Translations under genes and position numbers: made by a program
Shown: positions 14,201-26,849 of the stretch, one piece after another
Layout: every line of letters begins with the position of its first letter
Numbering within the stretch: the stretch's first letter is position 1
DNA from: Perkinsus chesapeaki ATCC PRA-425
Taxonomy: Eukaryota; Protista; Perkinsozoa
NCBI GenBank assembly: GCA_013115145.1
Contig: JAAPAO010000025.1
Span: forward strand, 61,687-125,686
Direction of reading: 5' to 3'
DNA length: 64,000 nt
Notes under the pieces: generated by a model
The model's database searches: none
What the model saw: the letters and a program-made list of their open reading frames with translations, nothing else
Told to the model about the DNA's origin: nothing

Positions 14201-16450
14201 CGCTGGAGGGTACGGACAAGATCGAGGGCAGGAAAAATGCGCTGACTTTGCTGCACCACAGAAACGTTACACTCTGTGCCGTGTCGCAGGGCCGGCGACT
14301 GCCAGCTCATCACAAGAAATTTCATAAAGTTACTCAGTGATACCGAGTCGTCTTGTGCGTTACCAGCAACTCACATTGACATTGTGTTGGAGATGTTGAG
14401 CCCGGAGTTTCGGTCGTAGTACTTGCTCGACCCGGACACGATTTGCCTATCACCAGGAATAATCCTTCCAGAGGCTTTATTCCACAATTGGCGAAGGCGC
14501 CTAATTCCAGTCAATTCAGTTTCCTAATAAAACTCCCAGGTACTTTGGGATTTGCTGCACACCTCGAAATGTGTAAAATGCACATCATGGTTTTTCAATT
14601 CGCCGAGTTTTCCGATACGACCATTCTTGTTAATCAAGACCAGTCGAGATTCTAAGTTGGTGCAACGTCCTAGGTTGTAGCAAACGGTGGTTCCGCTTGA
14701 CTAGATCCCTGTGAACCCTGCGCCGGCACTGCGAGAGGTAAAATAATGTGTATAATAGTGCAATATATCGAACTGAGAGATCGCGACGGGCCCTCACAGA
14801 CACAATGGGGACACTATGATGAAGTTGGTAAGATATTAAACTGATTGATAACGTCTGAAAAACTGGAGATGATGAAGTGAGGCGCTAGTCTGCATATGCC
14901 GAGGGAACGTATCTTCCTGAGCTCCATGCACATAAAGCAGAGAGTTTATGGAGAAAACACGATACTCTTTGATCATTTCACGTACGACTGGGTGCTTGGA
15001 TACGAAGTTCACATTGTGAACTTCAACTACCCGGTTACGTTGCCGACTCTATGTTGTGAACTTCACGGTATAGAGTCAACAACGGCACCGGAAAGCTGGG
15101 TCTCTTGAAGCTCACAAAAACTCTGTCCTGGAAGATCCTGGTATCGTCCAACTCTGCATTGTGTGCATTCTGCACTCCCGATACTAGCCGAGAACGTGCC
15201 AACCGGACAGGGGGTGCCTGAAGGTGTTGATCCGCTCAATCTCGTAGGAGGGAGTCAGGAAGAAAATCAGGGATTAGGTCCAGAAGGATTGCAATTGACG
15301 TTTCTTCTATTCGTAACTGTATGTAGATCCTTAGATCGCTTACACTGTGATGCGTAACTTCCCTCTATATTCTGGAAGTACCCAGCTTGACAGGGTTGGC
15401 AATCAATGCTGCTGTTGCCTTCTGGGACAGCAAAGGGCTGTATAGTGCCTGAACGATCCAACTTGAAGCTCCTCAGATATTTGATGTTCTGCCTTTACAA
15501 GCTCTACAATGCATCTGATGTGTACAGTGATCATTTTTAAGAGTTATTCTGTCATGTGGAGCTCCCCGCTATCAGGAAACGTCAGCAATGTGAAGCAATA
15601 CTCGACTATGCTATGAGCTTACGAATACATCTACAGCTTAACACCCCCAGGTCTATCCTCAGGTCCGTTTGCAAGGGAATCAAGCATCTCTTCGTACGTC
15701 ATAGCCCTCCTCCCTTACCCATTGGGCATGCAACACATTCGTTATCCCTTAACACTGAGCCTGGTGGGCAACTTATTGCATACACTGCAGCAGTGCCCCA
15801 CCACTCTAGCAGGAACCGTCTCATATAATATCGCAACAACTAAGTATGTGAAATTTATTCGAGCTTGTTGAATGATTTTATTGATTAATTCAGCTACACC
15901 GTGTAGCAAGGTCTGCTGAGCCCATATACACGCTATAATGGGACAGCCTATTGTGACGACTCTGTTTCCTTGTTCATTAAATTAATCCTGGAATTCAGTA
16001 TCGATTCTACCATCGCATTATCCGAGCGGAGAGCAGTTCTAGAATCGCTTCTGAACTTCAAAATAGGTTTATGGAACGACCCCTGTTTTTCAGTCCGGGC
16101 TGCAGTTCAGCGGGGAAGCTCCGGGAGGCGAAATTGTGTGTACCAGTTTGGAACAAAGAGAGACCTGATGCGCTTCCAGGCATATTACAGCTTGTAATAT
16201 GCTGGACTTGTAATTTACAAGTCCAGCAAGGAACAGTGACTACATAGCAGTCATAACACGGGAAATACGGAACCAGTCACTGAGACAAAGCTCCACAGTT
16301 GCTGCTTGACTCTTTGCGCACTCGTGAGACAATAGAAGGGATTTCAACTTGCTACGTAGAATTACATTTACCGAAAATCTCAGTTTCTCAGGAAAGCGTG
16401 GTTGCGAGGTGTATGCACCCGCCACTAGGATTGACATCACTACTCAACAC
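8250..16450 (-). pseudogene. Multi-exon GCC2/GCC3 (ephrin-receptor-like Cys repeat) multi-pass membrane protein gene, interrupted by retroelement DNA
   Basis: Cys repeats CQPCQAGYFQNIEG (15.4 kb), CPVGTFSASIGSAECTQCRVGRYQDLPGQSFC (15.1-15.2 kb) and CPGRASTTTETPGSTSPTQCQC (14.4 kb). TM-region motifs RFRFLFYRFRQDRYYWPTILVTRNLLLALVPF (9.1 kb) and WPWRSHLLNWSE (8.5 kb). Confidence 0.6.
10500..13600 (-). mobile_element. Degenerate Ty3/gypsy pol (RT, RNaseH, integrase) remnant inside the receptor gene
   Basis: In order on the minus strand: SKAYY (RT), LLGSHVRF...W...LKG (RNaseH-like), FYGIHVSS...QNNG (integrase core-like). Many stops. Confidence 0.45.
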
Positions 16451-17431
16451 AATTAATAATATGTCAGGTTTTTAACCGACTTTTGCAATATAATAACAAT
16501 AAGTTTAATATTAAGTGCACAGTAATTTATCATTACAGTATACTATACAGAATAACCCTTCACTCGACCATAGGCAACCCCTTCATTTCAGCGTACTCCT
16601 CGAATGTTAGCGAACACCTGAAGCAGCAGCAGCAGCCAGTTAAAAGAAACTGCATGTTTATGAAAAATAAAATCCGGACTGTTCGTACGCGAACTAGCTA
16701 CTCTATACAATGGGAAGGTGAGCTCGTATCACGAAAAGCGAATACCGCAGACAAAATGATATTAATAATATCATATTATCAATCAGGCCACGAGCTGCAC
16801 ATCCGGGATGTGACATCCCCACTGTGAATTTCTGTTATTCGAGCGAGTCCCCTCCCATCAAAAATATAAGAAAGGATAAGCTTCTCGATGATGTATGTGA
16901 TTAGGTCTGAATTATCTGCTTTGATATAATTCCCTTACAAAGACATGAACTTTGCGTGTGTTTTTAAGCTGCAGTTTCTAAGAATGTGTCGCACCGAATT
17001 TTTGCACAATTTTTTTAATTACTCACTACCGACGAGGAGTTTGGCTCTGAAACTTGGAGGATATACTTATTTTGACTAGGGAACCTATCCTGAACGTACT
17101 CGTTAATGAGTACACCTTATTTGTTCTTAAACACGAGTTGATGAGAATTCGACGCGCAGTGTATATAAAGACCTTTGACTGTACTAGCCTTACCACACTT
17201 TATATACTTTTCACATATTTTTCATATATGAGCTTATTATCCCTCGCCGGTCCAGCGAGGTTATAGATACGTTTGTTGTGCCAGTAAGTACTGTCATACA
17301 GTAATTGCCCCCCTGTCCCGATTTTCGGCTCTAACACAACTCTGTCCGCTGAGTAGGATACGTGCTGCAAGCCAAACTGAGTGGTTCAAGCTAGTAAAGT
17401 TCACTAAGTGAACGGATGCACTACAGACCTT

Positions 17432-17863
17432 CTAAGTCCATTTTGCCAGCCTGTTCGAACGCACTTCGTAGGCTACAAATGATAATTTGTACGCTCCTTC
17501 GTCTACTACACGTTGTAGGAGACGATCCCAATCGGCAGTCGACTTGAAGTGCACGATCAAGGCTTTGATGAGGGTTGTCTTGATCACACCGCCGCCAAGA
17601 ACTTCTCCAATGGCCAACTCGTCAGAGATCTCATTGGTTGATCTTGCGAATGCTAAAATATTCTTTGCTGGCAGCCACAGCCTCTTTCCAGGCCTGTGGC
17701 TTAATGCAGGGTACATCAGCGTTGTAATGGAGGCCATTCTCAGCGACGCCAGTCGCACTATAAATACGGTCTCCGACCACGGTATTGACGGCTGTGTAAT
17801 GGTGGCCGCTTTTAAACAGCAGAATGAGTGAAGCATCGATGCACCCAGCGACTCGGCCGCCAT
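17432..17863 (-). mobile_element. Possible C-terminal (restriction-like endonuclease) fragment of a non-LTR retrotransposon
   Basis: 143-aa ORF downstream of a zinc-finger ORF on the same strand. Weak resemblance to RLE tails (KLSFVAYEV). Confidence 0.3.
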
Positions 17864-18070
17864 AATGTCATATTCAGCTAAATGTCACTGCACTTAACGA
17901 TTTTTATGCCAGAAGAGCCCTGATCGTTGATTTTCTCGCTCACGCTAGAGCTCAGTCACTACCCTCTCCGCATCCGAGGCATAAGACCTCATATACTGCT
18001 CATACTCAATGTCTTCTTGTATCTATTCGGTTGGAATAGGGCGTTCCTCCTTTGAGGGTTAACCCAAGGG

Positions 18071-18141
18071 GGGTAGAGACTAATTAGTCTATACCCTGTA
18101 ATAGACTAAGGTTAGCCTTCAGGCGGCCTGAAGGCTAACCT
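18071..18141. repeat. Two adjacent hairpins
   Basis: AGACTAATTAGTCT palindrome inside GGGTA...TACCC (18071-18096), and a perfect 15-bp stem AGGTTAGCCTTCAGG-CGG-CCTGAAGGCTAACCT (18109-18141). Confidence 0.9.
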
Positions 18142-18185
18142 CTGGCGGCCTAAATCAGACCCGCCCCATGCCCGATGTTGCCACA

Positions 18186-18611
18186 TCAGCCCCCCAACAT
18201 CTTCCCCCAGCGTCTCCTTGGACCTCCTTGGTCTATTGCTTGCTCTGTGATTAGAGACCACTCATGGACCGTGTAGCCATGGTTTATTAGCCCCTTACGG
18301 GTACCTAATATCCTCCCGCATCTCTTGAAAGGGCATTTCCATGGTGGCTCTACTTGCAGTACAAACTCTTGCCTGGGATAGGCAGCGCTGGAGACTTCCT
18401 TCTGCTCTCCTAGGGCGATGTTTTGACTGCACGTATTCGCCACCGCGTTGCAGTGTGTGGCTTTGTGCCTTGTAAAGCCTGCTTTGGATTTGCAGGTTCT
18501 GCCGCAAACTGAGCAAGTCAGCTTATTGTCGCTCAACGCAGGAGGAAAAATTCTTCCCCGTGTAGGGGATTCCTCCGGGACTTGAGAGGCCTTTTCCTTC
18601 ACAGCATTCAT
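18186..18611 (-). mobile_element. Two C2H2 zinc fingers, probably the N-terminus of an RLE-type (R2/CRE/NeSL-like) non-LTR element
   Basis: CSVCGRTCKSKAGFTRHKATH and CPFKRCGRILGTRKGLINHGYTVH, in a TE-rich context. Confidence 0.55.
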
Positions 18612-18769
18612 CGTATAACCTATATTATATGGGCAAGATGTATCTTAATATATTATAATATGAATTAGAATATTCCATTAAATAATATGTATTAAGTCCA
18701 TAAATAATTGAAGTTTCATCTCAAATACTAATAGTAATATAATTTAGATAACGTTACTATAACTTATAC

Positions 18770-20260
18770 TACTATATGTTATCATTAATCAAATAGTTAA
18801 TGCTCAAGACTCCGCACTGCAATGAAACGTGCGTGCCTGTCGGGTCTTGCATTATGTGCGCTGCCCCCTTTCTTGGCCGAGCGCAACCAATGTAATTCCC
18901 ACGCCAAAGTTTTAGCACAAATAATAATCGGGAAAATGTATGGAAATTTTCGAATTTTTTCCGACTTCCCCTACTTTGAAGATTGGTATCTTTGCACAGT
19001 GGTATGCAGTCCTTGAGGATGCTGGGCATCACGAGATGATCCACCACCTGATAAAAATCTTTATAGTGCGTAAAGATATTTTCCAGCTCACCTTTCATGA
19101 TAGCCCTCTTGACGGCCTCCTGTTGATCCCACCGCTGTTCCGGCATAACGTTCGGCAAGAAAGTCGCACTTCGCCTAGAATTCAAATTACCAAATTACAG
19201 TTAGCGAACGCATCCAGAACACGCGCTTGTTGAAAATCTATTGATTACATGGAAAAAGGCTCACAAAGCCGATCAAACAGGCATCCAGTATGTTTCATGA
19301 CCTACGTCTTCGATTCCCCCGGTAAAGTGAATGTAACAACTATCCCGTGAGTGCCATCTGGACTCCAATTATATATATCATCCTCGAGATCCTCGAAACT
19401 ATGCAAAACCTGACATGAGATATGGAAACAAATTAAATGGTAATAAAACTTACGCTGACTGTACACATCAGATTTTGCAGCTCACTTTGAGCGATTGGCC
19501 GGAAGCGCCTGTCTTCCTGTGATGATATAATAGTGTACCTTAACGCGAATACCGGGTGGTTAAAAGGAGAAACAAAAAAGCGCTCTAGATTGATGTAAAC
19601 ACATTTGTATATGCTATATATCAGTACATCAGATGTATATGGCATATACAAATATGAATGCGGCTTGTCAAATTAAACTAACTAATGAATTTATGATAAG
19701 ATCAATTACATAATCACAAGTCGTTCACACTGCAAGGTTTCGACCAAAAGAACTGGGCACTTTAACTTCTCACATCACTGCTAAAAATATTATTACTAAT
19801 TATTATACTTACTTATTCGTAATAAGTATTAAATTCTTACATACAATATACACACGCTAAAGTAAAAGGCAGCTAAAGCCATTGGAAGAAGTGATTGTCA
19901 TTCTTAGGCCCAGCCCTGCGTACCTCCCCCCCCCTCCACATCACTAGGAGCCATCACGGAAATTCCCAAGTACTCTCCAAAACCACAAATGTATCAAAAA
20001 CAGAGAAATACAGCGAAACTTAAACCTCCGGCAAGCAGGCAAAACCAAGTCAATCCTAACCTCATCATAACTTTGCTTCAGGATGCTTCTAGGTCGGTCT
20101 TTTTCCCCTTTTCCCCCAGCCACTTTCCATCCCTTAGTACTTTTTAAGTTGCCCAAGTTTAATAGGCAACAGGTATCCAATACATCCACGTAATGTCCTG
20201 TAGTCCTTTTGAGAGCTTTTAAGTGATGAACTGAAAAACACATTTTCGGGAAAACACTAA
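18770..20260 (-). CDS. Hypothetical multi-exon protein, boundaries approximate
   Basis: Exon-like stretches (EQRWDQQEAVKRAIMKGELENIFTHYKDFYQVVDHLVMPS) bounded by GT/AG, with A/T-tract introns. Confidence 0.4.
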
Positions 20261-20999
20261 GCAACGATGACAGGATAGTCGCGCAAACTTGGGCACTTCA
20301 ATTTGGATTCAAATCAAACCGAAGTGATTCGCTTGTGAAAACCGCACCCGGGCCATCAACCCATGTTTGTTTGGGACACCAATTTCTAAGGCTTGGCTGA
20401 TCGGTACCATTACCCTGCAAACTTTCCTATTCGTCAACTTTCCCAACTGTAAAGTTATAGAAATTGAACTCTAATTAAGCATGTAAATTGTGTGCAGTTG
20501 TCCCTGTATCTTGAGTGCTCGAAAATAGACTTCTTAACCCACTCGGATGCCGGTGGAGGACGCCAAGGATACCAGTCAGCTCAGTATTACCAAGCAAAGC
20601 TCAGTTTGAAGCCGATAGAATGATATTGTCTGTTTTCGCTCAATTGGAGCAGTTTTAAGTTCAACCGGCTTTGTCTATTAACCCTTCTTCGATGAGCGGT
20701 GAAATGACCTCCCCGAATCGTTATAATGAGAAGCTTTCACCACAAATTTAGGGTTTTAGGGTTCTGGCCCTATCCGGGTTTTCGGGTTTTCCCATTATTA
20801 CCCTCTACTTCGTGTGTCCCATGTTACAAAGATACCGCTTGTCATTGTGTCAGGCTGCAAGCACTCCGGCCTGAAGCAAAAAAATTTTCCCAAAATTTTC
20901 CGGAAATTTTGGTTACATATCTGGTAGATAGTCCTCGAGATTTCGGCTCATCCGTGTGGGTATATCTAATTTATAATATGATCGTAAAACGTCGAAGCA

Positions 21000-23900
21000 G
21001 TAGGCGCATAATTGCTGGCTCGATAGAAGGTCTGGCGGGGTACCTGTTAATGACGGGTACTGTAGAAAGTAAAAGACCCTCTTCTGGTGTTGGAGAAATT
21101 GGATTTAGAGTCTGAGATTGTCGGTGGAGTGATGGGGAGATTACTTTCGTAAATGCTAACTTTTACGAGTCTGTAAAATTGTTAAAGCTGGGAAATCGTC
21201 TGCGTTATTGGTTAGCAAATTCGTCACACTGACGATGGACAACGAAAATTTTGAAACTATCTAAAATGCATATTTTGCGTCTTACTGGTATGAACTGCTC
21301 CTGTAGAGCTTTGATGGGATATTGATGTCATGGAGTAAAAACAAGCTATTGATAATGCAAATGCTAATCTATGTAAAGATCTTCTACTGTAGTACAGTCA
21401 GTGTACTAACTTTACCGCACTTCATATACGTTTCACTGCCCTTATATGAGCAGTTATTCAGTGCGATATAGACTCCATAACATTCAGCTTGGTTAAACCG
21501 GTTCTAGAACCTCGCTGGTCCAGCAAGGTTAAAAATAATTTTTAATTTAGCGCGCGCCCATCTAATCGATTTAATCATTGGTAGTGAGTCGTTGTTGCTG
21601 GTGGTGGTTGTTACTGGATAATGGCACTAGACGTTAATGAAGCATTGGAGTTGGGGGATTTGGGGAATATATCAATTGATATGGGAGCTGTTAAAAAGGT
21701 AATAGAAACTCAAAGGTTAGGGCGGTTGCCGAGGACTTGCCCTACGTAGGTTAATAATTATTAAATTGTAATATATCATTCATACACCGCAACACATTCA
21801 AGCAACTCGTGTTGTTTAATTACTACTCGTTATTTGCTAGGAGCTTGGCTCTTGGGAGTAGACTTGTTTTACATAGGGACACCTGAGGCACATCGTAGTT
21901 GTTGTCAAATCCTATCAATCGTTCTATACTTGTATAGTGTTAAATCCGCTCCTATAGTTGTTGTCCATCCTAAGGTTGCTAAAAACGTGTTTGACGGTGT
22001 ATGATAATCTGAACTGATATACTGTATAATATCATTGCTAAGCTTCGACCGATAGTAATGCTTGGTTTTACTAGCGCTGGTATCTGATCTGTATTGATAT
22101 TTTATTATGATCAGATATTACAGCAAATAGTTGACCGGCAGAATGCGACAGTCGAAGCTACTGCTGGCTTTGGAGATGATATTGGTAATAGTCCACGGGG
22201 AATAGTGGTCGAATTATTATACGTTGTATTATCGTGATGGCACTCCAAAGCATGCAGGCTTGCTGATCTGTCAATCAAGAACAAACCTTTTTATAGTGGA
22301 ATACTTCTAATGGAGTTAACTGTGCTGTAGTGGTAAAATTATACGATCGTTCACATTATAGTTGTTGTGGAGGACACTATGGTTTAGAAGGGGGTATGTC
22401 AATTGTCAAGTATCGAGTGCACTGGGCAGCACTCTCCAATACCCCGTCAACAGTTGGACTATCAGTAAACGACACATGGTGCGAATTCTGCCAAAACGAC
22501 TTGCAAAAAATCCATTACGATCTACTATGTATTAATGACTATGTACAGTGTTATGTGGCAAGTGACGGCTTAGATGGGCTCAAGGCTCATCTGGAACGGC
22601 GCGAGTCCAAAGGTATTATTCAGCGGCGCCGTACTGAATGCACTACAGTATTACGGTGCTTGCCACGAGTTGCTGGCTTTGGCAACAGCACTACAGGTTC
22701 GCGGCTTTGAGATATCGGTGGTACTATTGAGGGGTGCTGTACATATTGCTGTAAATGGATTGCTTGCTATTGGAGAGTAAAAATGATACCTTTCGTATAT
22801 AGGCGCTTTGGCGTTAGAACGTATCTTAGCTTTATGCGTGCACGTTGGTATCTTTAGTGAAGTTGAAGGCACAGTTCGAAGAGCGTGGTGAAGTATCGGA
22901 GAAGTTGAGCTCGCAGCTGACGGATGTTATGGAGAAGGTTGAATCTATGGGTAGAAATGGAGGATGGGGGAATTGAACCAAGGACCTTTTTCAAGAAAGA
23001 CACGGGCCATGTCTATTGGGCTATTATGGTGCTTTATTTTAGGGGAAAGGCTGCGTGAATTGGAGGGGAGGGACTTAGAGGGTCTCCGGGAAAAGATGGA
23101 AAGGTAGCTTTTTAATTCAGTGGCGAAATTTCGGGGAAAATTTCCAAAAATATATTTGCTCTATCTCATAGGTATTCTCGTTTGTTGCACACTTGAACGT
23201 TTTTCAAGCTTAATAATTTCCTCACGAAATTTGGTCGCTTTTCCGAGGAGGATCAAATTCGGGCAAGGCCACCGATGAGCGTCCACTTGTGTGCTCTTCG
23301 GTGTATCTGGTAATGTTTTGGTAGAACGAGGGCAACACTTTAAGTTGACGCAATATTACATTGGTGAAAGCAGATAGAGCTCCGAGATGAACGGAGATAC
23401 GGATGATTGGTTGATCGATTTGTTACGAAGTCTCGGTGTGAAACGGTTGATCGATTTAGTATGTTGATAAAATATAACACTTTTTAGTCACGAAGAGTCA
23501 ATAAGAGAGCTTCGAGAGAAGACGGCGGGAGTTGACCCCGCGATAGCTAAATTGGAATTGGAGCAATCTGAGCTTATGAGCAAGTTTACAGGATTGGAGA
23601 ATAAAGTCAGCGAAAATGGCGACACGGTTAGAGCGATGAAGGTAGAGCGGAAGGTTGCGGGTTCGAATCCCGGCGATGGGCAATTTTGTCGTCTTTTGAA
23701 ACCTTGAAGATAATATTATTGTGATTTAATTGCTATGTTCATTGATAAAAGGGGAAAATTTTATGCCGAAAATTTCCGAGAATTTTTCCCCTCGAACGCG
23801 TGTTTAGTCTAACACTACTGGGTTGCCGGCGTCTCCAGATGTATGTGAAGAATTGGGCGTTCAATTCAGGTCAGTTGGGAGAGTACAATCCAGCCGACAG

Positions 23901-26640
23901 TCGAGGAGCTCAGAGAGAAGGTTAAATTGTTAACCTCTCGAGTATCTTGCACGGAGGAAGATATCGAGCATCTTCGGAAAGATATCACGCAGAAGGTGAA
24001 GAGGTCGCGGGTTCGATTCCTGGTTAATCTGATAGTGAATTGAATTTGTTTTTTGAGAATTATGCAATCTCGCAGTAATTTTGAAATTGCCGTCGGTACC
24101 AATATATTTTCTTGGAAGTATCTTTCCCTCTTTAGTACGGCGACTCTCTGTGGGTGGAAATACGTAATGCGGTGGAGAGAGTAAGCAAAAAGGAGTTTAA
24201 AGAGGTGGAACAAAGAATTGAATTAAATAGCGCAAAATGGTGAGACCGGGGATCGAACCAGGGACCTTTCGATTGCTCACTGCAGGCACGAGCGATCGAA
24301 ACAACTGTTAACGTACACAAGAGATCACATTTTAACTGCTGGTAGGGGGAATCGAACCGGGGACCTTTCGGTTAGTAAATTCAATTTAGTGGCGTGCGAG
24401 TTCCATGAGCGAAGATTGCAGCATCACGTGTTTTCGTTGTGGTTTCAAAGTCAGTGGGAAGCGATGAAGAGACGGGCGGCTATACGAAGGCTGGGCTCGG
24501 TGAGCGTCACGCGCCACGAAATTCGGGAGGGTATTTTGCTGGTTAGATATTCCATAATCATCAGAGAGCGGCGTTGTGGGGATGGCGGCAAAAGGCGGAG
24601 TTTGAGGGGTTGAGGGAGGGGGTGGAGATTCAGGTGAGGAAAAGTGGCGTAGTGGTGGAGGGGGCGATTGATAATCGCTCCGCGCAGGTTCGATTCTCTG
24701 GAGGGACGTATTGCTTTGTGCGTCAGTGTGTGTGGAAATCTTGTCGCTCACTGCGGACTTGTTGAATTGGAAAGAATATAACGCATAGATGGACGGGAAA
24801 AATTGAGAGGGAAAATTTATTTTCGGTAATTTTGTGAAAGGATTTTCCCGGTCAGGAAAATTTTTGCGGGAAATTTTCAGTATTTTTCAGATTAAAGGAG
24901 TGAAGGAGGAGATTGAGCGATCTGTTGGTGATGATATAAATAAGGTAAAGGAAGTAACGGATGAATTAATGGAAAAGAAAATTGATGCGGTCGAGTTCGA
25001 GCGGCGGACGGGAGGTACTATGAGGGGCTTGAAGATACGTAGGAGATATCTCCTATTATCCTATGATTCCACAGATGCTACCCGTGAGATAGTTGGAATG
25101 AAAGCAGATCGGTACAAAGAAAGATATTTTTGGTGCCACGATTGTGAGCGACGGGTACTTCAAACTTGATTCAGCTTTGAGATTTCCGGGGGAAAATGAA
25201 TATATCGATCAGGTGATCGATTACATGATATCTTTTAGATTCTGTTCGACCTCTGGAAACTCGATTGAATGAAATTGAAGAGTTGGTTCGGAAACTTGAA
25301 TCGGTTGAGGATCAGCCACCGTCGATGAGTTCGGTGGGAGGAAGGGAATCTAATAGGAGTGTTAATAGCAGTCCAAGGGAGGGAAGGTTGATAGAGGTAA
25401 TGTGTTGAGGAATTGCAAGATTTATCAAGATTGCAAGAATTGCATCGCGCTGATTTGGCGATGGTTTATACTGCATTCGCCATTGGCTATATATTTTCAG
25501 TTCCGTGAGAGTCTGGAGGGGGTAATAGAATCAGTGAGGGTTATAAGAGATGAAGTATTACCGAGGGAATATGCAACCAAGGAGATGGCATTACAGTGTA
25601 CTAGAGGTAATAATAAAGGAGGGCATTATTTTACTTTTCAACTCTATCGTTTATTTTTTCTGTGAGGTGAAAGAGTTGGTCAAAAATTTTTGGGAAAAGT
25701 TGGAAAAATTATGGTTCAGAATATTCAGTGTTGCGGTGAGAAGTTGGCTGAAAAGCGGACAAGAGGATAAAAATTAGGAAGTGTAAAGTAATTTCGGAAT
25801 CCTCAAAATAATCCAATTCATTACCGACTAACTCGCCAGCTTCCTGTGATTCTTTTCTTCATTTTTCATCGTATTTTTTGCTGATCGTTCAGTTTCAGAT
25901 GCATTGGAGTTGCATAAATTATGTCAACGACTGGATTCTACGAAGGCTGATCGATCAGAGATGGACGCAGCAGTACTAGAGACGCGCAATAGCTCACAAC
26001 GATTGGGTGAGTTCGGTGGGGGGTTGGGAGCGAAATCTCCAAGATGGCATTTTACTGGTGGCCCAAGCCTTCTTGGTATTATTTCTTGGTGGTATCTAGT
26101 CACTATCTATTTTGGGCTTGTGATATGCCCGATGGCACAACGAGTATCTCCCGGTCATCTTTCCGACATGCGCACTGTTATTTCCGAGGGACCTCGATCA
26201 AATATCCGGCGCGTGGCAGTTATTTCCGCCCGGCACGCATTTATCCGATTCGTTCATGTGCAATATCCGACGAGTAAAGTCATTCTAATATCCGCCCAAT
26301 TCGTGGTGCACGAATGTAACAGTGCGCATGTCGGAAAGATGAGCGGGAAATGCTGTACTACCCACACACTGGTCCAAGCTGGATGATAAGGTCGGCATGT
26401 AGTGTATGGTGGTGAATTGTGAATAGTTGGTTTATTATTCACAGAGGTTTTTGTATCCTTGGAATGTTATTAGATGCTTCAATTGGTGGTAAAGTCGAGC
26501 TGTTGGCGGCGCAGTTGAGAGAGGCAGAAGAAAAGGGGAGAAAAATGGAGCAATGGTAGTGGGGCAGGTTTAACAGGGGGAGGGCGTGGGTTCGATTCCT
26601 ATCGGAGAGAAGTAAATTGTATTTTTTCTTCCGCGAAGTT
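21000..26640 (+). CDS. Large multi-exon coiled-coil protein gene (possibly two genes), boundaries approximate
   Basis: Frame-consistent splicing gives KVESM|GERLRELEGRDLEGLREKMER and ELNSAKW|HERSKQLLTYTRDHILTA|VACEFHERRLQHHVF. Further exons SHEESIRELREKTAG and LDSTKADRSEMD. Confidence 0.6.
22951..23042 (-). other. Plus-strand intron containing an antisense degenerate tRNA
   Basis: Reverse complement has A-box-like TAGCCCAATAGACATGGC and B-box TGGTTCAATTCCC. Flanking exons join in frame. Confidence 0.7.
24240..24285 (-). other. 46-nt plus-strand intron starting with an antisense tRNA T-arm
   Basis: Reverse complement reads GAAAGGTCCCTGGTTCGATCCCCGGTCTCAC. In-frame splice. Confidence 0.75.
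24342..24389 (-). other. 48-nt plus-strand intron starting with an antisense tRNA T-arm
   Basis: Reverse complement reads GAAAGGTCCCCGGTTCGATTCCCCCTAC. In-frame splice. Confidence 0.75.
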
Positions 26641-26849
26641 GACGGGGTTTCCAGAGGGAATGTCACACCCTTTTCCCGTGTACTCTGGAACTCAATGAAT
26701 GAAGACAAATTTGAATTTCCGATGGATGACATTCACCCGATTCCTTCCTCCTGGGTGTCGATACCCGAAATGCGGAGAATAACTCACTAATTAGTAGTTC
26801 ATTCGGCTACGAATCATCGAACAACCATTCCAATCAACGTAGATGGGCG

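Noticed and set aside
20300-20420. Minus-strand WVDGPGAVFTSESL read as an integrase core
   Set aside because: A single short motif flanked by stops, not enough to call.
20747-20763. TTTAGGGTTTTAGGGTT, a telomere-like repeat
   Set aside because: Only two imperfect units, compatible with chance.
24238-24260. TGGT at the donor read as the reverse complement of a CCA-tailed mature tRNA or a retroviral PBS
   Set aside because: Counting from the T-loop, ACCA falls at tRNA positions 70-73 rather than the CCA tail, and the sister intron at 24342 has a different register.
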